Shown here in pieces: positions 54,600 to 63,983 of a stretch of DNA of 64,000 bases. A program made the translations under genes and the position numbers. The DNA lies in NCBI GenBank assembly GCA_009840355.1, contig VXNZ01000050.1, positions 33,099-97,098 on the forward strand, given 5' to 3'. The notes beneath the pieces were generated by a model. It saw only the letters and a list, made by a program, of their open reading frames with translations, had not been told where the DNA came from and searched no databases. Origin of the DNA: Chloroflexota bacterium. GTDB taxonomy: Bacteria > Chloroflexota > Dehalococcoidia > Lucifugimonadales > JADFKI01. The first letter of the stretch is position 1; each line of letters starts with the position of its first letter.

Positions 54600-56075
54600 T
54601 TACGCTAGGTCGATGTTGTATTGCAAGCCTGTGTGCGTCGCCGTGCCGCGCGATCCGCTGCGCTCCGCCAGCGCGTGCCGGAAGCTCACCGTCACGACCG
54701 TCTGGCGTTTCTGCGTGTCGCGGTCAACGTCTATCATCAGCTGCCGGCGGAAGCCCTGCGCCCACTGCGTGCGGTTCACCAGCAGCAGACGACCCTTTGT
54801 GTTCGTCGCCGCGCCGTCCGTAATCTTGCCGTCCGCGTCCGCGAGCGCCATCTGCTCGGACACGATGACCGGTATGCCCTCGACCGCGCCCAGCATGCCC
54901 GTAAGCAGCGTGGCGTTCGGTCCGAGCTTGTCCATCGTCCTGAACTGCTCCACCGACTGCGCGCGGATGAAAGTGTTCACATCCATAACCCACGCCAACT
55001 GCGACGGGCGCGCGCCGTACTTGCCCAGCTTCGTCCGCAGCTCGTTGAACATATCATCCGACACGGCTGCGTTGTGATTGTTCGCCTGCGATGTGTTGTC
55101 CACCAGCGGCAGATGAATGATGCCGTCGTAGCCCACCAGCCAGTGCGCCTTGCCCGAAGTGCTCGCCGAAATCGTCGCGCCGTCCGTGTTGATGCCGTTC
55201 GTCTTGGTTCTGTCCGCATTCAGGATGATGTCGTCCAGTACCTCCGCGACATTGCGCACCAGACTAGCGCGAATCTCCGGCAGCATCGCGATAACGCCGT
55301 CCTCTTCCAGCGTGAAACTGTACGGCACCTGCCCGACAAGCTCGAACGCGGTCAGCGTTGTCCTGCCGGTGGCGAGCGCGGTGTCCGTGCTCGCCGTGTT
55401 CTCCGTGCCGGGGAAGAAGTTCACATCGCCGAGCTGACGCGGCACTTCAAACGGGTTAGACGGCATCGGGAATGTCGGCACGAGCGGCGCGACAAGCGTC
55501 TGCAAGTTCACATCCTGCCACAGTTCGCGCGCTTCGAGCGTTGCCACCAGTTCGTCGCCGCTGCCTGCGGTCGTGCTGTCCATCGCCGCGCGTGTCATTG
55601 CGCCCAGCAGCTGACGGCTGAAGCCCTGAAACTGCCCGGTGTCTTTCGAGTCCACGCTGAACCAGCGTTCGAGCTGCCGCTCCGCCGCCGTGTGCGACGC
55701 CTGTATGTCCGATGACGTGATACTCGCCGCAAGCAGCCGCTTCGCCTCTTCCGCGCGCTCGATCCAAGCGGGACCGAAGCCTTCGCGCCGCTGCGAATGC
55801 GCGAACCGCCGCACCAGCGCCAAATCCAGAATGTCCATGCCCGCGTAAGCGCCCGACGGCACGGTGGGCAGCGCGGCATCCTGCGCGTAGCCGCTCAGCG
55901 CATTGCGCCGGACGCTGCGCTCGCGCTCGACCGCCGAGTTCACCGTCCGCGCGATGCGCTCCGTCTCTTCGCGCAGCAGCCCAATCTCGCCGCTCACCGG
56001 CTCGAACCGCTCGCGCACGAACGAATTGATGTCCGCTAAGTCCTTCTTGATTCCCTGAATGTCCGTAGTCGTCAT
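54600..56075 (-). CDS. HK97-family phage major capsid protein (with N-terminal delta/scaffold-like segment)
   Basis: An internal ATG at 56075 is preceded by GGGAGG. MTTTDIQGIKKDLADINSFVRERFE is a coiled-coil delta-domain-like start. The remaining ~400 aa has the HK97 MCP length and pattern (FPMPSNPFEVPR...GTENTAST...). Confidence 0.75.
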   Translation of the reverse strand: MTTTDIQGIKKDLADINSFVRERFEPVSGEIGLLREETERIARTVNSAVERERSVRRNALSGYAQDAALPTVPSGAYAGMDILDLALVRRFAHSQRREGFGPAWIERAEEAKRLLAASITSSDIQASHTAAERQLERWFSVDSKDTGQFQGFSRQLLGAMTRAAMDSTTAGSGDELVATLEARELWQDVNLQTLVAPLVPTFPMPSNPFEVPRQLGDVNFFPGTENTASTDTALATGRTTLTAFELVGQVPYSFTLEEDGVIAMLPEIRASLVRNVAEVLDDIILNADRTKTNGINTDGATISASTSGKAHWLVGYDGIIHLPLVDNTSQANNHNAAVSDDMFNELRTKLGKYGARPSQLAWVMDVNTFIRAQSVEQFRTMDKLGPNATLLTGMLGAVEGIPVIVSEQMALADADGKITDGAATNTKGRLLLVNRTQWAQGFRRQLMIDVDRDTQKRQTVVTVSFRHALAERSGSRGTATHTGLQYNIDLA

Positions 56076-56714
56076 CCCAATCCTCCCTTTCTCATCCACT
56101 CCGTTAAATCCCTTCCCCCTTGATAGGGGAAGGTTAGGATGGGGGTGATAGTCTTCCCCATCCCATCCATCCATGTCAGTTCCGTCCTCTATCAGCGAAT
56201 CGAGCATTCTCCGGTGAGTCTCGCGCAGCGCGTCCGGGTCTGCCGGCACGGACACGATTGACCATTCCAGCAGTTCCGCCCGCACATCCCGCACGCCGCC
56301 TTGCTTGGCGGGTACGCTCTCCGTGGGCAGCCAGCTTATCGACGCCGCTTGCAGAAAACCCTTGTCCCATGCGTTCCGTATGCGCTGCGCGAACGGGTCG
56401 TCCTCCAGGAACTCGAACTCCGCCACGATACCGCCGTCCTCAGCGCGGCTGATGTTCAGCGTTCTGCCGATGGGCAGCCCGCCGGACGGCGACCGCCCCG
56501 TCGAATCGTGCGCCCACATCACCACCGGATTGCGGCGATAATTGTCGAACCGCAGCCCCGCAAGGTCTATCTCCGGCGCCGTCCGCGCTCTATCGTTCGC
56601 CGCGATGACCACACTGCGCCGAGTGTCGTCCATCGCGTCACGCCGCACGATGCTCATGCTCATCGACCGAATCCTATCTTCCATCCATAACCTCCGTTCT
56701 CTCCGTCCCATCAC
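56076..56714 (-). CDS. HK97-family prohead protease domain. It has no stop codon of its own and the frame continues through repeat DNA into the capsid gene (track ORF 54600..56714).
   Basis: NPVVMWAHD...GLPIGR and EWSIVSVPADPDA, typical of S78/U35 prohead proteases. Residues DMDGWDGEDYHPHPNLPLSRGKG are translated intergenic-type repeats. Confidence 0.7.
56111..56146. repeat. REP-like hairpin element lying in frame between the protease and capsid segments
   Basis: CCTTCCCCC-TTGATA-GGGGAAGGTTAGGATGGGGGTG. Confidence 0.7.
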
Positions 56715-56915
56715 GCAAACATATTAGGACTATTGTTCGTATATGTCAAGCCATTTTATGTATTGATATGCGGGATGGGCAGGGCGAGATACGACAATTA
56801 TGCTTGGCTATCAAGGACTATGCCGCGTATCAATGTTAATTATCCGCGCTTGATATACTCATGTGCCGATGTTACACTCTTGCCCAATCTACGCTCGTTG
56901 CCGGAGGTTCGCACT

Positions 56916-58778
56916 ATGAAACTGGGTAAAATCGCGTTTGGACTATTGGCAATCACGATTACCGCGCTGTTCGTAGCGGCTTGCGGCGGCGCGGCGACTC
57001 CACAGCCTGCCAGCGCGCCACAGCAGCAGGCGGCGCCGGCGGCAGCGCCCGCACAGGCACCTGCGCCACAGCAGCAAGCGGCGCCGGCTCAGCCACAAGC
57101 ACCGGCGCAACCCGCGCCCGCTGCGCCCGCTGCGCCCGTGCAGTCCGGCGCGCCGCTCCCTGTGCCGACAGTGGCGATAGCGGCAGTCGCGCAGGAACGC
57201 AGACCGGCTCCTACGCCGACCGGTCAGCAGGCGATTCCCGGCGGCATCCTAGTCCCCCTTGCGGGCTTCGACCTAGGGCACACCGACCCGCACCGCAACA
57301 CATCGGTCGCCGAACTGTCGTACATGACGCACATCTACCCCGGCATCTTGCAGTACAGCACCGAGACTTGGGTTGATGTTGTCCCTGACCTCGCCACTTC
57401 GTGGGAAGTGGATTCCAGCGGCAAGGTCTATACCTTCAAGGTGCGCGACGGAGTAACATACAGCGACGGCACGGCGGTCAGCTCGGAAGATATGGCGTAC
57501 TCGCTCAACCGCATGGTAGAACGCCCCAACGACATCGCGATGCCGCGTTCCGGCTGCATCCGCGGCTTTATGGACGGCGCGCAGGCGGTAGATCCGGCGA
57601 CGCTGCAAGTCTCGCTGAAAGACCCGGCGGTCGGATTCCTTGGCTGCGTCGCATCGCCGTGGATTTCCATTCCGCCAAAGTCCATCCTTGAAGAGGTTGA
57701 CACCGGCGCGGACCCCGGACGCCAGCTTGAACTCGACGAAGTGATAGGCGCAGGACCGTTCATCTTGAAGAACTACCAGCGCGGCATATCGTTCGAGGTG
57801 GAGCGCAACGCGAGCTACTACGACCAGCCATTCCCGTATCTCGACGGCGTGCGGCATGTCATCGTAACCGACCCTAGTTCGCGCGTGGCGGCGTTCCGCA
57901 CCGGACACGCGCACAAGGAAGCCGTCTTCCCCGCATTCGGCGCGGACGACGACATTGCCATTCGCGAACAGATGGGCGACCGGCTCTTCGTGAGCGAGAC
58001 GGTAGGCTTTGGAGTGGGCGGCATCCACATCAACTTGCGCAACGCTCCCTTCGATGATGTGCGTGTGCGCCAAGCCTTGCAGCTCGCCACCGACCGCGAA
58101 GCGATGATTGAGCTGATTCACCCGGCAGGCGGCGAGCCGCAGTGCTATTACCCCTGCATTTTCGATTGGATTTACACTGTTGAAGACTACATGCAAATCC
58201 CCGGCTTCCGCTTCGACCAAAAGGCAGAGGACATCGAAGAGGCAAAGCGCCTGCTAGCCGAAGCGGGATACCCGGACGGCTTCGACGCGACCATCACCTT
58301 CCGCAAGGTCGGACCGTATCCGGACTACTCGGCGATAGTCGCGCAGCAGTGGAAGGAAATCGGCATCGACCTGACGCTGCGCCCGATGGAGAGCGCGGCA
58401 GGGTTCGCCGCCTACCAGCAGGGCGACTTCGAGATTAACTGGCAGGGCACCGGGCTTAACTTCCTTGACCCGGACGCCGCGAACGACCTGCTCTGGCTGC
58501 CCACCGCCGGCCGCAACTATCAAGGCTGGGAGAACGCCGAGTTCATCGCGCTGTTCAATGAAGAAAAGCAGGAAGTCGATCAGAGCAAGCGCGGCGAGCT
58601 GCTGCGCCAGATGACCGACATTCTGCTGCAGGATGTGCCGTACATACCCGGCACGCAGGGCATTGGCTTCCACTTGCAGTACAGCTGCGTAAAGGACTAC
58701 ACTCAGCCCCGCGCGCTCGGACAAAACAACTACCGCTTCGACCGCGTCTGGCTGGACCAAGAAGAGCCCTGCCGCTAG
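56916..58778 (+). CDS. ABC transporter substrate-binding lipoprotein, family 5 (peptide/nickel type)
   Basis: The ATG at 56916 follows a GGAGG RBS. Lipobox LFVAACGG, a Pro/Ala/Gln-rich linker, then family-5 SBP-length sequence. Confidence 0.9.
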   Translation: MKLGKIAFGLLAITITALFVAACGGAATPQPASAPQQQAAPAAAPAQAPAPQQQAAPAQPQAPAQPAPAAPAAPVQSGAPLPVPTVAIAAVAQERRPAPTPTGQQAIPGGILVPLAGFDLGHTDPHRNTSVAELSYMTHIYPGILQYSTETWVDVVPDLATSWEVDSSGKVYTFKVRDGVTYSDGTAVSSEDMAYSLNRMVERPNDIAMPRSGCIRGFMDGAQAVDPATLQVSLKDPAVGFLGCVASPWISIPPKSILEEVDTGADPGRQLELDEVIGAGPFILKNYQRGISFEVERNASYYDQPFPYLDGVRHVIVTDPSSRVAAFRTGHAHKEAVFPAFGADDDIAIREQMGDRLFVSETVGFGVGGIHINLRNAPFDDVRVRQALQLATDREAMIELIHPAGGEPQCYYPCIFDWIYTVEDYMQIPGFRFDQKAEDIEEAKRLLAEAGYPDGFDATITFRKVGPYPDYSAIVAQQWKEIGIDLTLRPMESAAGFAAYQQGDFEINWQGTGLNFLDPDAANDLLWLPTAGRNYQGWENAEFIALFNEEKQEVDQSKRGELLRQMTDILLQDVPYIPGTQGIGFHLQYSCVKDYTQPRALGQNNYRFDRVWLDQEEPCR

Positions 58779-58889
58779 GTCGGGGCAATGCCCTGTGCCG
58801 CTGCCGTATCCGGGCGGGCATCCCCAATGCCCCGAAACGCCTAACAAGCGCGTTAAGTATCATGATGTACAGAATGGGTAGGATAAGTG

Positions 58890-58927
58890 CCTTCCCCCGC
58901 GTCAAGGGGGAGGCACGAGACGGGGGC
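58890..58927. repeat. REP-like hairpin element (variant)
   Basis: CCTTCCCCC-GCGTCAA-GGGGGAGGCACGAGACGGGGGC. Confidence 0.55.
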
Positions 58928-59018
58928 ACGAATCACCACGAATACCGTAGCGAAGAGTCTGCCAAGTGCACCGTTTCGTTTTGGGCTGCCTAGGCAGCGT
59001 TGACATTTCGCCATTTCC

Positions 59019-59108
59019 CTGTCATTTCGAGTGAAGCGAGAAATCTAAAGTCGTGAACCGGCTTACGCGCAATGATTTTAGATTCCTCACTGCGTTCGGA
59101 ATGACAGG
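59019..59108. repeat. Nested inverted-repeat (MITE-like) element, copy 3, reverse orientation
   Basis: GTCATTTCGAGTGAAGCGAGAAATCT ... GATTCCTCACTGCGTTCGGAATGAC is the reverse complement of the layout at 8047-8184. Confidence 0.7.
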
Positions 59109-59228
59109 ATAAAGTCGGGAATGACATGACAAATGGTGTGGCATGGCAGAATAGATTTGATTTTCAAGTCCGAAACGCTTCATTAACCAAATGTCAACAG
59201 AACCTAGTATGACAGGGAAGGTTGACTG

Positions 59229-60188
59229 TTGCGCGCCTATGTAGTCCGAAGACTGCTCCTCTTCTTCCCAACCCTGATTGGGGTATCCCTCATCGTATTC
59301 ATCATCCTGCGAATCGTGCCGGGCGACCCTGCGTTCATAATGCTCGCCGGGTACGAAGGCGAAGGTTCGTTCACGCAGGATGAGTTGGACCGTGTGCGCC
59401 GGCGTTTGGGCTTGGACGCGCCCATCTATGTGCAGTATGTCAAGTGGATCGCCAGCGCGGTGCAGTTGGACTTCGGCGATTCGTTCTTCACCAACCGCCC
59501 GATATGGGAAGAAGTGCGACCGCGCCTGCCGCTGACATTCCAGTTCGCGTTTATGGCGATATTCCTCGCCATAGCCTTCGCCGTGCCAATGGGCATCATA
59601 TCCGCCACGCGCCAAGACACCTGGATAGACTACTTCCTGCGCATCTTCGCCATCATCGGCTTGGCAATGCCAACATTCTGGGTTGGCGCGCTGCTGCTAT
59701 TATGCCTGTCGCTCTGGTTCAACTGGTTTCCGCCGCTCGGCTACACCGCGCCGTGGGTTGATCTGAAGACGAACTTCATACAGCTCATATTCCCCGCCGT
59801 CGCGCTTGCGTATTCCACGAACGCGGTCGCAGCCAGGATGACACGCTCGCAGATGCTCGAAGTGCTGCGCGAAGACTACATCCGCACCGCAATGGCGAAG
59901 GGCTTACTAGAGCGCGTAGTCGTACTCCGACATGCCTTGAAGAACGCCGCGCTGCCCGTGCTAACATTATTCGGCGTGCAGTTCGGCTTTCTACTGGGCG
60001 GCTCGGTCGTCATCGAGAGCGTCTTCAGCCTGCCGGGAATAGGACGGCTGCTCATCTTCGCCATCAACACGCGGGACTTCCCGATGGTGCAATTCCTGGT
60101 GATGTTCATCGCGTTCATCTTCCTGTCCGTCAACCTAATGGTTGACCTGCTGTACGGCTGGCTAGACCCACGCATACGCTACGAATAG
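59229..60188 (+). CDS. ABC transporter permease (DppB/OppB-like)
   Basis: MRAYVVRRLLLFFPTLIGVSLIVF N-terminus and the EAA-like loop DYIRTAMAKGL. TTG start. Confidence 0.9.
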   Translation: MRAYVVRRLLLFFPTLIGVSLIVFIILRIVPGDPAFIMLAGYEGEGSFTQDELDRVRRRLGLDAPIYVQYVKWIASAVQLDFGDSFFTNRPIWEEVRPRLPLTFQFAFMAIFLAIAFAVPMGIISATRQDTWIDYFLRIFAIIGLAMPTFWVGALLLLCLSLWFNWFPPLGYTAPWVDLKTNFIQLIFPAVALAYSTNAVAARMTRSQMLEVLREDYIRTAMAKGLLERVVVLRHALKNAALPVLTLFGVQFGFLLGGSVVIESVFSLPGIGRLLIFAINTRDFPMVQFLVMFIAFIFLSVNLMVDLLYGWLDPRIRYE

Positions 60189-60269
60189 TTGCCCCGCGAG
60201 CAATCCCAATCCCCAATCTACGCACGAAGAACCACACCGGAATAATCTCGCACCGCCAAAGGCGTCATA

Positions 60270-61175
60270 ATGACCGACAAGTCCGTTGAAGCGACCCTCG
60301 CCGTAGAGTTCGGCATGAGCAGGAAGCAAAGCCTGCTCATACGGGCGTGGTGGCTTGTGAAATCGAAGCCGCTCGGCGCGCTCGGCGGGTTCATTCTGAT
60401 TTTCGCCATTCTGGTGGCGATATTCGCGCCGGTCATCAGCCCGTATGACCCGGAAATATCCGACCGCACATCGCGGCTGACGCCGCCGGACACGAAACAC
60501 TGGTTCGGCACAGACCATATCGCGCGCGATGTGCTGAGCCGAGTAATCTACGGCTCGCGCGTGTCTCTGCTGGTGGGCTTCATAGCGGTCGTAACGAGCA
60601 GCGTACTAGGCACGGCGCTAGGGGTGGCAAGCGCATACTTCGGCAAGACGCTCGACCTGCTGCTGCAGCGCGTCGTGGACTCTATGCAGGCGCTGCCGGG
60701 ACTTGTGCTCGCGCTCACGCTGATGGCGGCGATGGGACCATCGCTGACGGCGGTCATCATCGCGATAACGGCGGTGCGCGTGCCGGGCACGGTCAGAACG
60801 GTGCGCTCCGTCGCGCTCAGCGTCAAGGCGAGCCAGTACGCGGAGGCGGCGCGTGCCGTTGGCGCAGACGACTGGCGGGTAATGTTCCGTCACATAACGC
60901 CGAACTGCATGGCGCCCGTCATAGTCGTGGGCTCAGCGGTGCTAGGCGGCGCAATCGTAACGGAGGCAAGCCTAAGCTTCCTCGGGCTAGGCGTGCCGCC
61001 CAACATCCCGACTTGGGGCAACATGCTAGGACAGGCGCAGGAGCGCTACATCGCCGCGGGACCCTGGACGAGCGTCTTCCCCGGATTAGCCCTGACCTTC
61101 ACCGCCTTCGGCATCAACCTACTAGGTGACGCCCTCCGCGACATCCTAGACCCAAGACTCCGCGGCAGCCGGTAA
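60270..61175 (+). CDS. ABC transporter permease (DppC/OppC-like)
   Basis: HWFGTDHIARDVLSRVIYG and YAEAARAVGADDWRVMFRHITPN. Confidence 0.9.
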   Translation: MTDKSVEATLAVEFGMSRKQSLLIRAWWLVKSKPLGALGGFILIFAILVAIFAPVISPYDPEISDRTSRLTPPDTKHWFGTDHIARDVLSRVIYGSRVSLLVGFIAVVTSSVLGTALGVASAYFGKTLDLLLQRVVDSMQALPGLVLALTLMAAMGPSLTAVIIAITAVRVPGTVRTVRSVALSVKASQYAEAARAVGADDWRVMFRHITPNCMAPVIVVGSAVLGGAIVTEASLSFLGLGVPPNIPTWGNMLGQAQERYIAAGPWTSVFPGLALTFTAFGINLLGDALRDILDPRLRGSR

Positions 61176-61209
61176 ACGCAGCCGGTAAGACTGGATAGCG
61201 ATGTAAAGG

Positions 61210-62208
61210 CTAGATATTAAACTGCGGGTCGTCGTAGTTGTCTAGCTTGTTGTATATCTGTATCCGCCAGCGCTGTGGGTCAACCACCAGCAGCCGCGAC
61301 TTCACCGGGTCGAACTCCACCGCCATCGGCAGCGCGAACCGCCACTCGGGTTCGAGGCTGTACACCCGCCGCCGCGCCTTGTACACGTCCGGGTTGCTCA
61401 GCACATACTCGTGCTGCCACTTAGACAACTCTTGCGCGTCCCCGGAGAATGTCGTGATGTAGTTGGCGTCCGCGTCATACGCCTGCACGCGGTTGTTCAC
61501 CCAGTCGCACACATATATGTCGCCTTCCGGATCGACCGCGACATCGGTCGGGTGATCGAACTGCGCCTCGCCGTCGCCAAGCTCGCCCAGCCTGAACACA
61601 AACTCGCCGTCCGCGTCGAATTTCTGTATGCGGTGGTTCTTGTGGTCGGCGACATACACGCATCCGCAGGAGTCCACGGTCAAGCCCCACGGCGCGTTCA
61701 ACTCGCCGTCGCCATCGCCACGCTGCCCGAACACAATGCTCGGGTTGCCGAACTTGTCCAACTTCTGCACGCGGTGATTGAGCGTGTCGGACACATACAG
61801 GTCGTCGTTGTTGTCGATCGCGATGCCGGACGGGCGGTTGAACTGCCCCGGACCGCTGCCAAGCTCGCCGAACATCCGCAGAAAGCCGCCGTCCTTGTCG
61901 AACACCGATACGCGGTGCAGCCACTCGTCGGTTACATACACATTCTCGTCGCTGTCCACCGCCACGCCTGCGGGCCACATAAACTCCCCGCCGCCGTCGC
62001 CGCACGTGCCGAACTGAGTCAAAATCTCTTCGTCGCCGGGCATATCTCCGATGGTAATCTTCGTGATATTGCTGTTCTGCGGGCGGCGCAGCAGCACGAA
62101 AACATCGTCGTCCTGCCCGACCGTCAGCGTCAGCATCCCCGTTATCTGCCGCCCGCCCACGACATGGCTGTAGTCGTACACTCTATCGGCAACTATTCTC
62201 GTCAGCAT
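61210..62208 (-). CDS. NHL-repeat beta-propeller protein
   Basis: Five to six repeats of the G-x-F-x-x-P-x-G-(I/V)-A-V-D...(I/V)YV-x-D-x-x-N-H-R-(I/V)Q pattern. Confidence 0.85.
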   Translation of the reverse strand: MLTRIVADRVYDYSHVVGGRQITGMLTLTVGQDDDVFVLLRRPQNSNITKITIGDMPGDEEILTQFGTCGDGGGEFMWPAGVAVDSDENVYVTDEWLHRVSVFDKDGGFLRMFGELGSGPGQFNRPSGIAIDNNDDLYVSDTLNHRVQKLDKFGNPSIVFGQRGDGDGELNAPWGLTVDSCGCVYVADHKNHRIQKFDADGEFVFRLGELGDGEAQFDHPTDVAVDPEGDIYVCDWVNNRVQAYDADANYITTFSGDAQELSKWQHEYVLSNPDVYKARRRVYSLEPEWRFALPMAVEFDPVKSRLLVVDPQRWRIQIYNKLDNYDDPQFNI

Positions 62209-62287
62209 AGGCGCTTACCTCGCAGTCAAGCGGTTTTGTGTGTTGTGGTGGGACTATACAGAAATATCGCGGAAATCTCGCAAGACG

Positions 62288-63682
62288 CTACGCAAACATA
62301 TACTCTCGCGTGGACACGATGAGCTGCAGAAGCTCCGCAATCTCTCGCGCGCCCTCGGCGTCGGACTTGCCGTCGCCGCCGCACACGCCGTTCTGCACGG
62401 CATGCGCCACGAGTTCGGCGCGTGTGCCTTCGTTGAACTGCAACGGCCCCATCAAGTCGAGGCATGCATCCACCAGTGCCTCGGGCGTGGTCGACTCCGC
62501 TTGCGCGCGCTCGATAAGCCTGCGTATGCCGGGTCGGTCCGTCTCGTTCACCATATCCGCGACGAAGTTCGTTCGCTTCATCAACGCGCCGCTGTTTATC
62601 CACTCGACACCGGAGTGCCAGCCTTCTACGCTCGGCGGATTGAGCAGTTCCTGCCCCATATAGGTGATGTGGTTCGCCCACGCGTATATGTCCGGCGTGG
62701 GCAGCTCGGCGTCGCCTGCCATCCGCAGTGTGCTGACGACGACTTCGGTCGGGTTCTTCACCTTGCGGAACAGCGCCGCCTTGAAGAAGTCGGAGTTGAA
62801 GAGCATACGCAGCACGGCGCGAATATCGTAGTCCGTCTCCATCAGCGCATTCGACAGGAAGTCGATGGCTTCGGGATCGTTCGGCGGCGTCACCGGCCAC
62901 GCGGGCACCTGCACCTCGTCAGCCACGAAGAAGCTGTACAGGTGTCGCGCCACGAACCGCGCCGTGGCGGGCTGCTTCAGGATGATATCGATGATGTCTT
63001 CACCATTGAAGTCGCCCGTCTCGCCGAGGAATGTCTTATCGCCGTGGTCGTGGTCGTCTTCCCTGTACTCGAAGTACCAGTCCCACCTGCCCATGTGGAA
63101 GCGCGGCAACTTGGGCGTCATAGTCCAGCCGGTGAACGCGCGAGAGCATTCGCGCACATCGTCTTCGGTGTAGTTGCTCACGCCCATGCTGAACAGCTCG
63201 AGCAGTTCTCTGCCCCAGTTTTCGTTCACGGCGGTCGCGTGGTTCTCGTTGTTGTCCAGCCAGAATAGCATCGCCGGGTTCTTCGACACCGCCAGCAGCA
63301 GGTCACGGTACTTGCCCATGCCCTTCTCGCGGAACATGTCGATCATATCCGTAATTTCGTCATAGTGATCGACCTTCGACACGCCCGTTGCGAAAATCTG
63401 GTGCCAGAACAGGCACATTTTTTCTTCCAGTGGCGCCTTCGTGTTAATCATCCGCCAGACCCAGCTTACCTGCCCGACGCCGCCGAGCGTGCCCGGCTTC
63501 CACTGCAAATGGTGATAGCGCAGGAACTCGTAGATGTCCACCGGCTCCTGCCGCTCCGGGTGCAGCAAGTCTTCGACCGTCTCTTCATACCCGACGGCAA
63601 GCCGCCGTTCCAGCTCTTCGCGCGAAGCGCCAAAGCCTGCGCGCCGCATCAAGTGGGCTATCATTGCAAGGTCGCTGCTCAT
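62288..63682 (-). CDS. DUF1800-family protein
   Basis: AHLMRRAGFGASREELE N-terminus and overall length typical of DUF1800. Confidence 0.75.
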   Translation of the reverse strand: MSSDLAMIAHLMRRAGFGASREELERRLAVGYEETVEDLLHPERQEPVDIYEFLRYHHLQWKPGTLGGVGQVSWVWRMINTKAPLEEKMCLFWHQIFATGVSKVDHYDEITDMIDMFREKGMGKYRDLLLAVSKNPAMLFWLDNNENHATAVNENWGRELLELFSMGVSNYTEDDVRECSRAFTGWTMTPKLPRFHMGRWDWYFEYREDDHDHGDKTFLGETGDFNGEDIIDIILKQPATARFVARHLYSFFVADEVQVPAWPVTPPNDPEAIDFLSNALMETDYDIRAVLRMLFNSDFFKAALFRKVKNPTEVVVSTLRMAGDAELPTPDIYAWANHITYMGQELLNPPSVEGWHSGVEWINSGALMKRTNFVADMVNETDRPGIRRLIERAQAESTTPEALVDACLDLMGPLQFNEGTRAELVAHAVQNGVCGGDGKSDAEGAREIAELLQLIVSTREYMFA

Positions 63683-63930
63683 CGTTGACCTCCTACCGCC
63701 GGTACGAGGGTACCGGCCCGGACACTATCTCGAAACACCGCTACGGGAATACACGGCAAAATGCGGCACAGCCGCACGTCAGTCGCCTGTCCGCAATTAT
63801 ATGGCATGCAAGTTAAACACCGCAACGCGCGGCGATGCAGTCCGACTTGTTCATACAACCGGACAATTCATAATAATAAGGCGCGCGCTCCGGTGGCATC
63901 TGCGTTGTGCCGCGAAGATTAGCGGATTCG

Positions 63931-63983
63931 CCCACATCCTAACCTTCCCCGTCTAGCCTTCCCTATCAAAGCGTGAAGGGGCT
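63931..63983. repeat. REP-like element, reverse orientation (degenerate)
   Basis: CCCACATCCTAACCTTCCCCGTCTAGCCTTCCC...GAAGGGGC. Confidence 0.5.

Noticed and set aside
53753-55715. Plus-strand ORFs 53753..54823 (356 aa) and 54621..55715 (364 aa) across the phage-like genes.
   Set aside because: They are Arg-rich antisense shadows. The minus-strand frame encodes recognisable protease, capsid and connector sequences.
54600-56714. Reading the HK97-fold ORF as an encapsulin nanocompartment shell.
   Set aside because: It carries a prohead-protease segment and a delta-domain-like coiled coil, and is followed by a gp6-like head-tail connector. All of these are phage-head features, and no cargo-type gene is adjacent.
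56733-56915. Upstream extension of the ABC substrate-binding protein ORF (start at 56733).
   Set aside because: The ATG at 56916 follows a GGAGG RBS and begins a canonical lipoprotein signal peptide (…LFVAACGG). The upstream 61 codons look non-coding.
56990-57150. Repetitive GCGCCCGCTGCGCCCG-type DNA, considered as a tandem-repeat locus.
   Set aside because: It encodes the Pro/Ala/Gln-rich linker following the lipobox of the substrate-binding protein. It is low-complexity coding sequence rather than a non-coding repeat array.
61411-63268. Plus-strand ORFs 61411..62322 and 62240..63268, and the minus alternative-frame ORF 62226..62900.
   Set aside because: They lie opposite or out of frame to the NHL-repeat and DUF1800 genes, whose repeat structure and motifs are clear.
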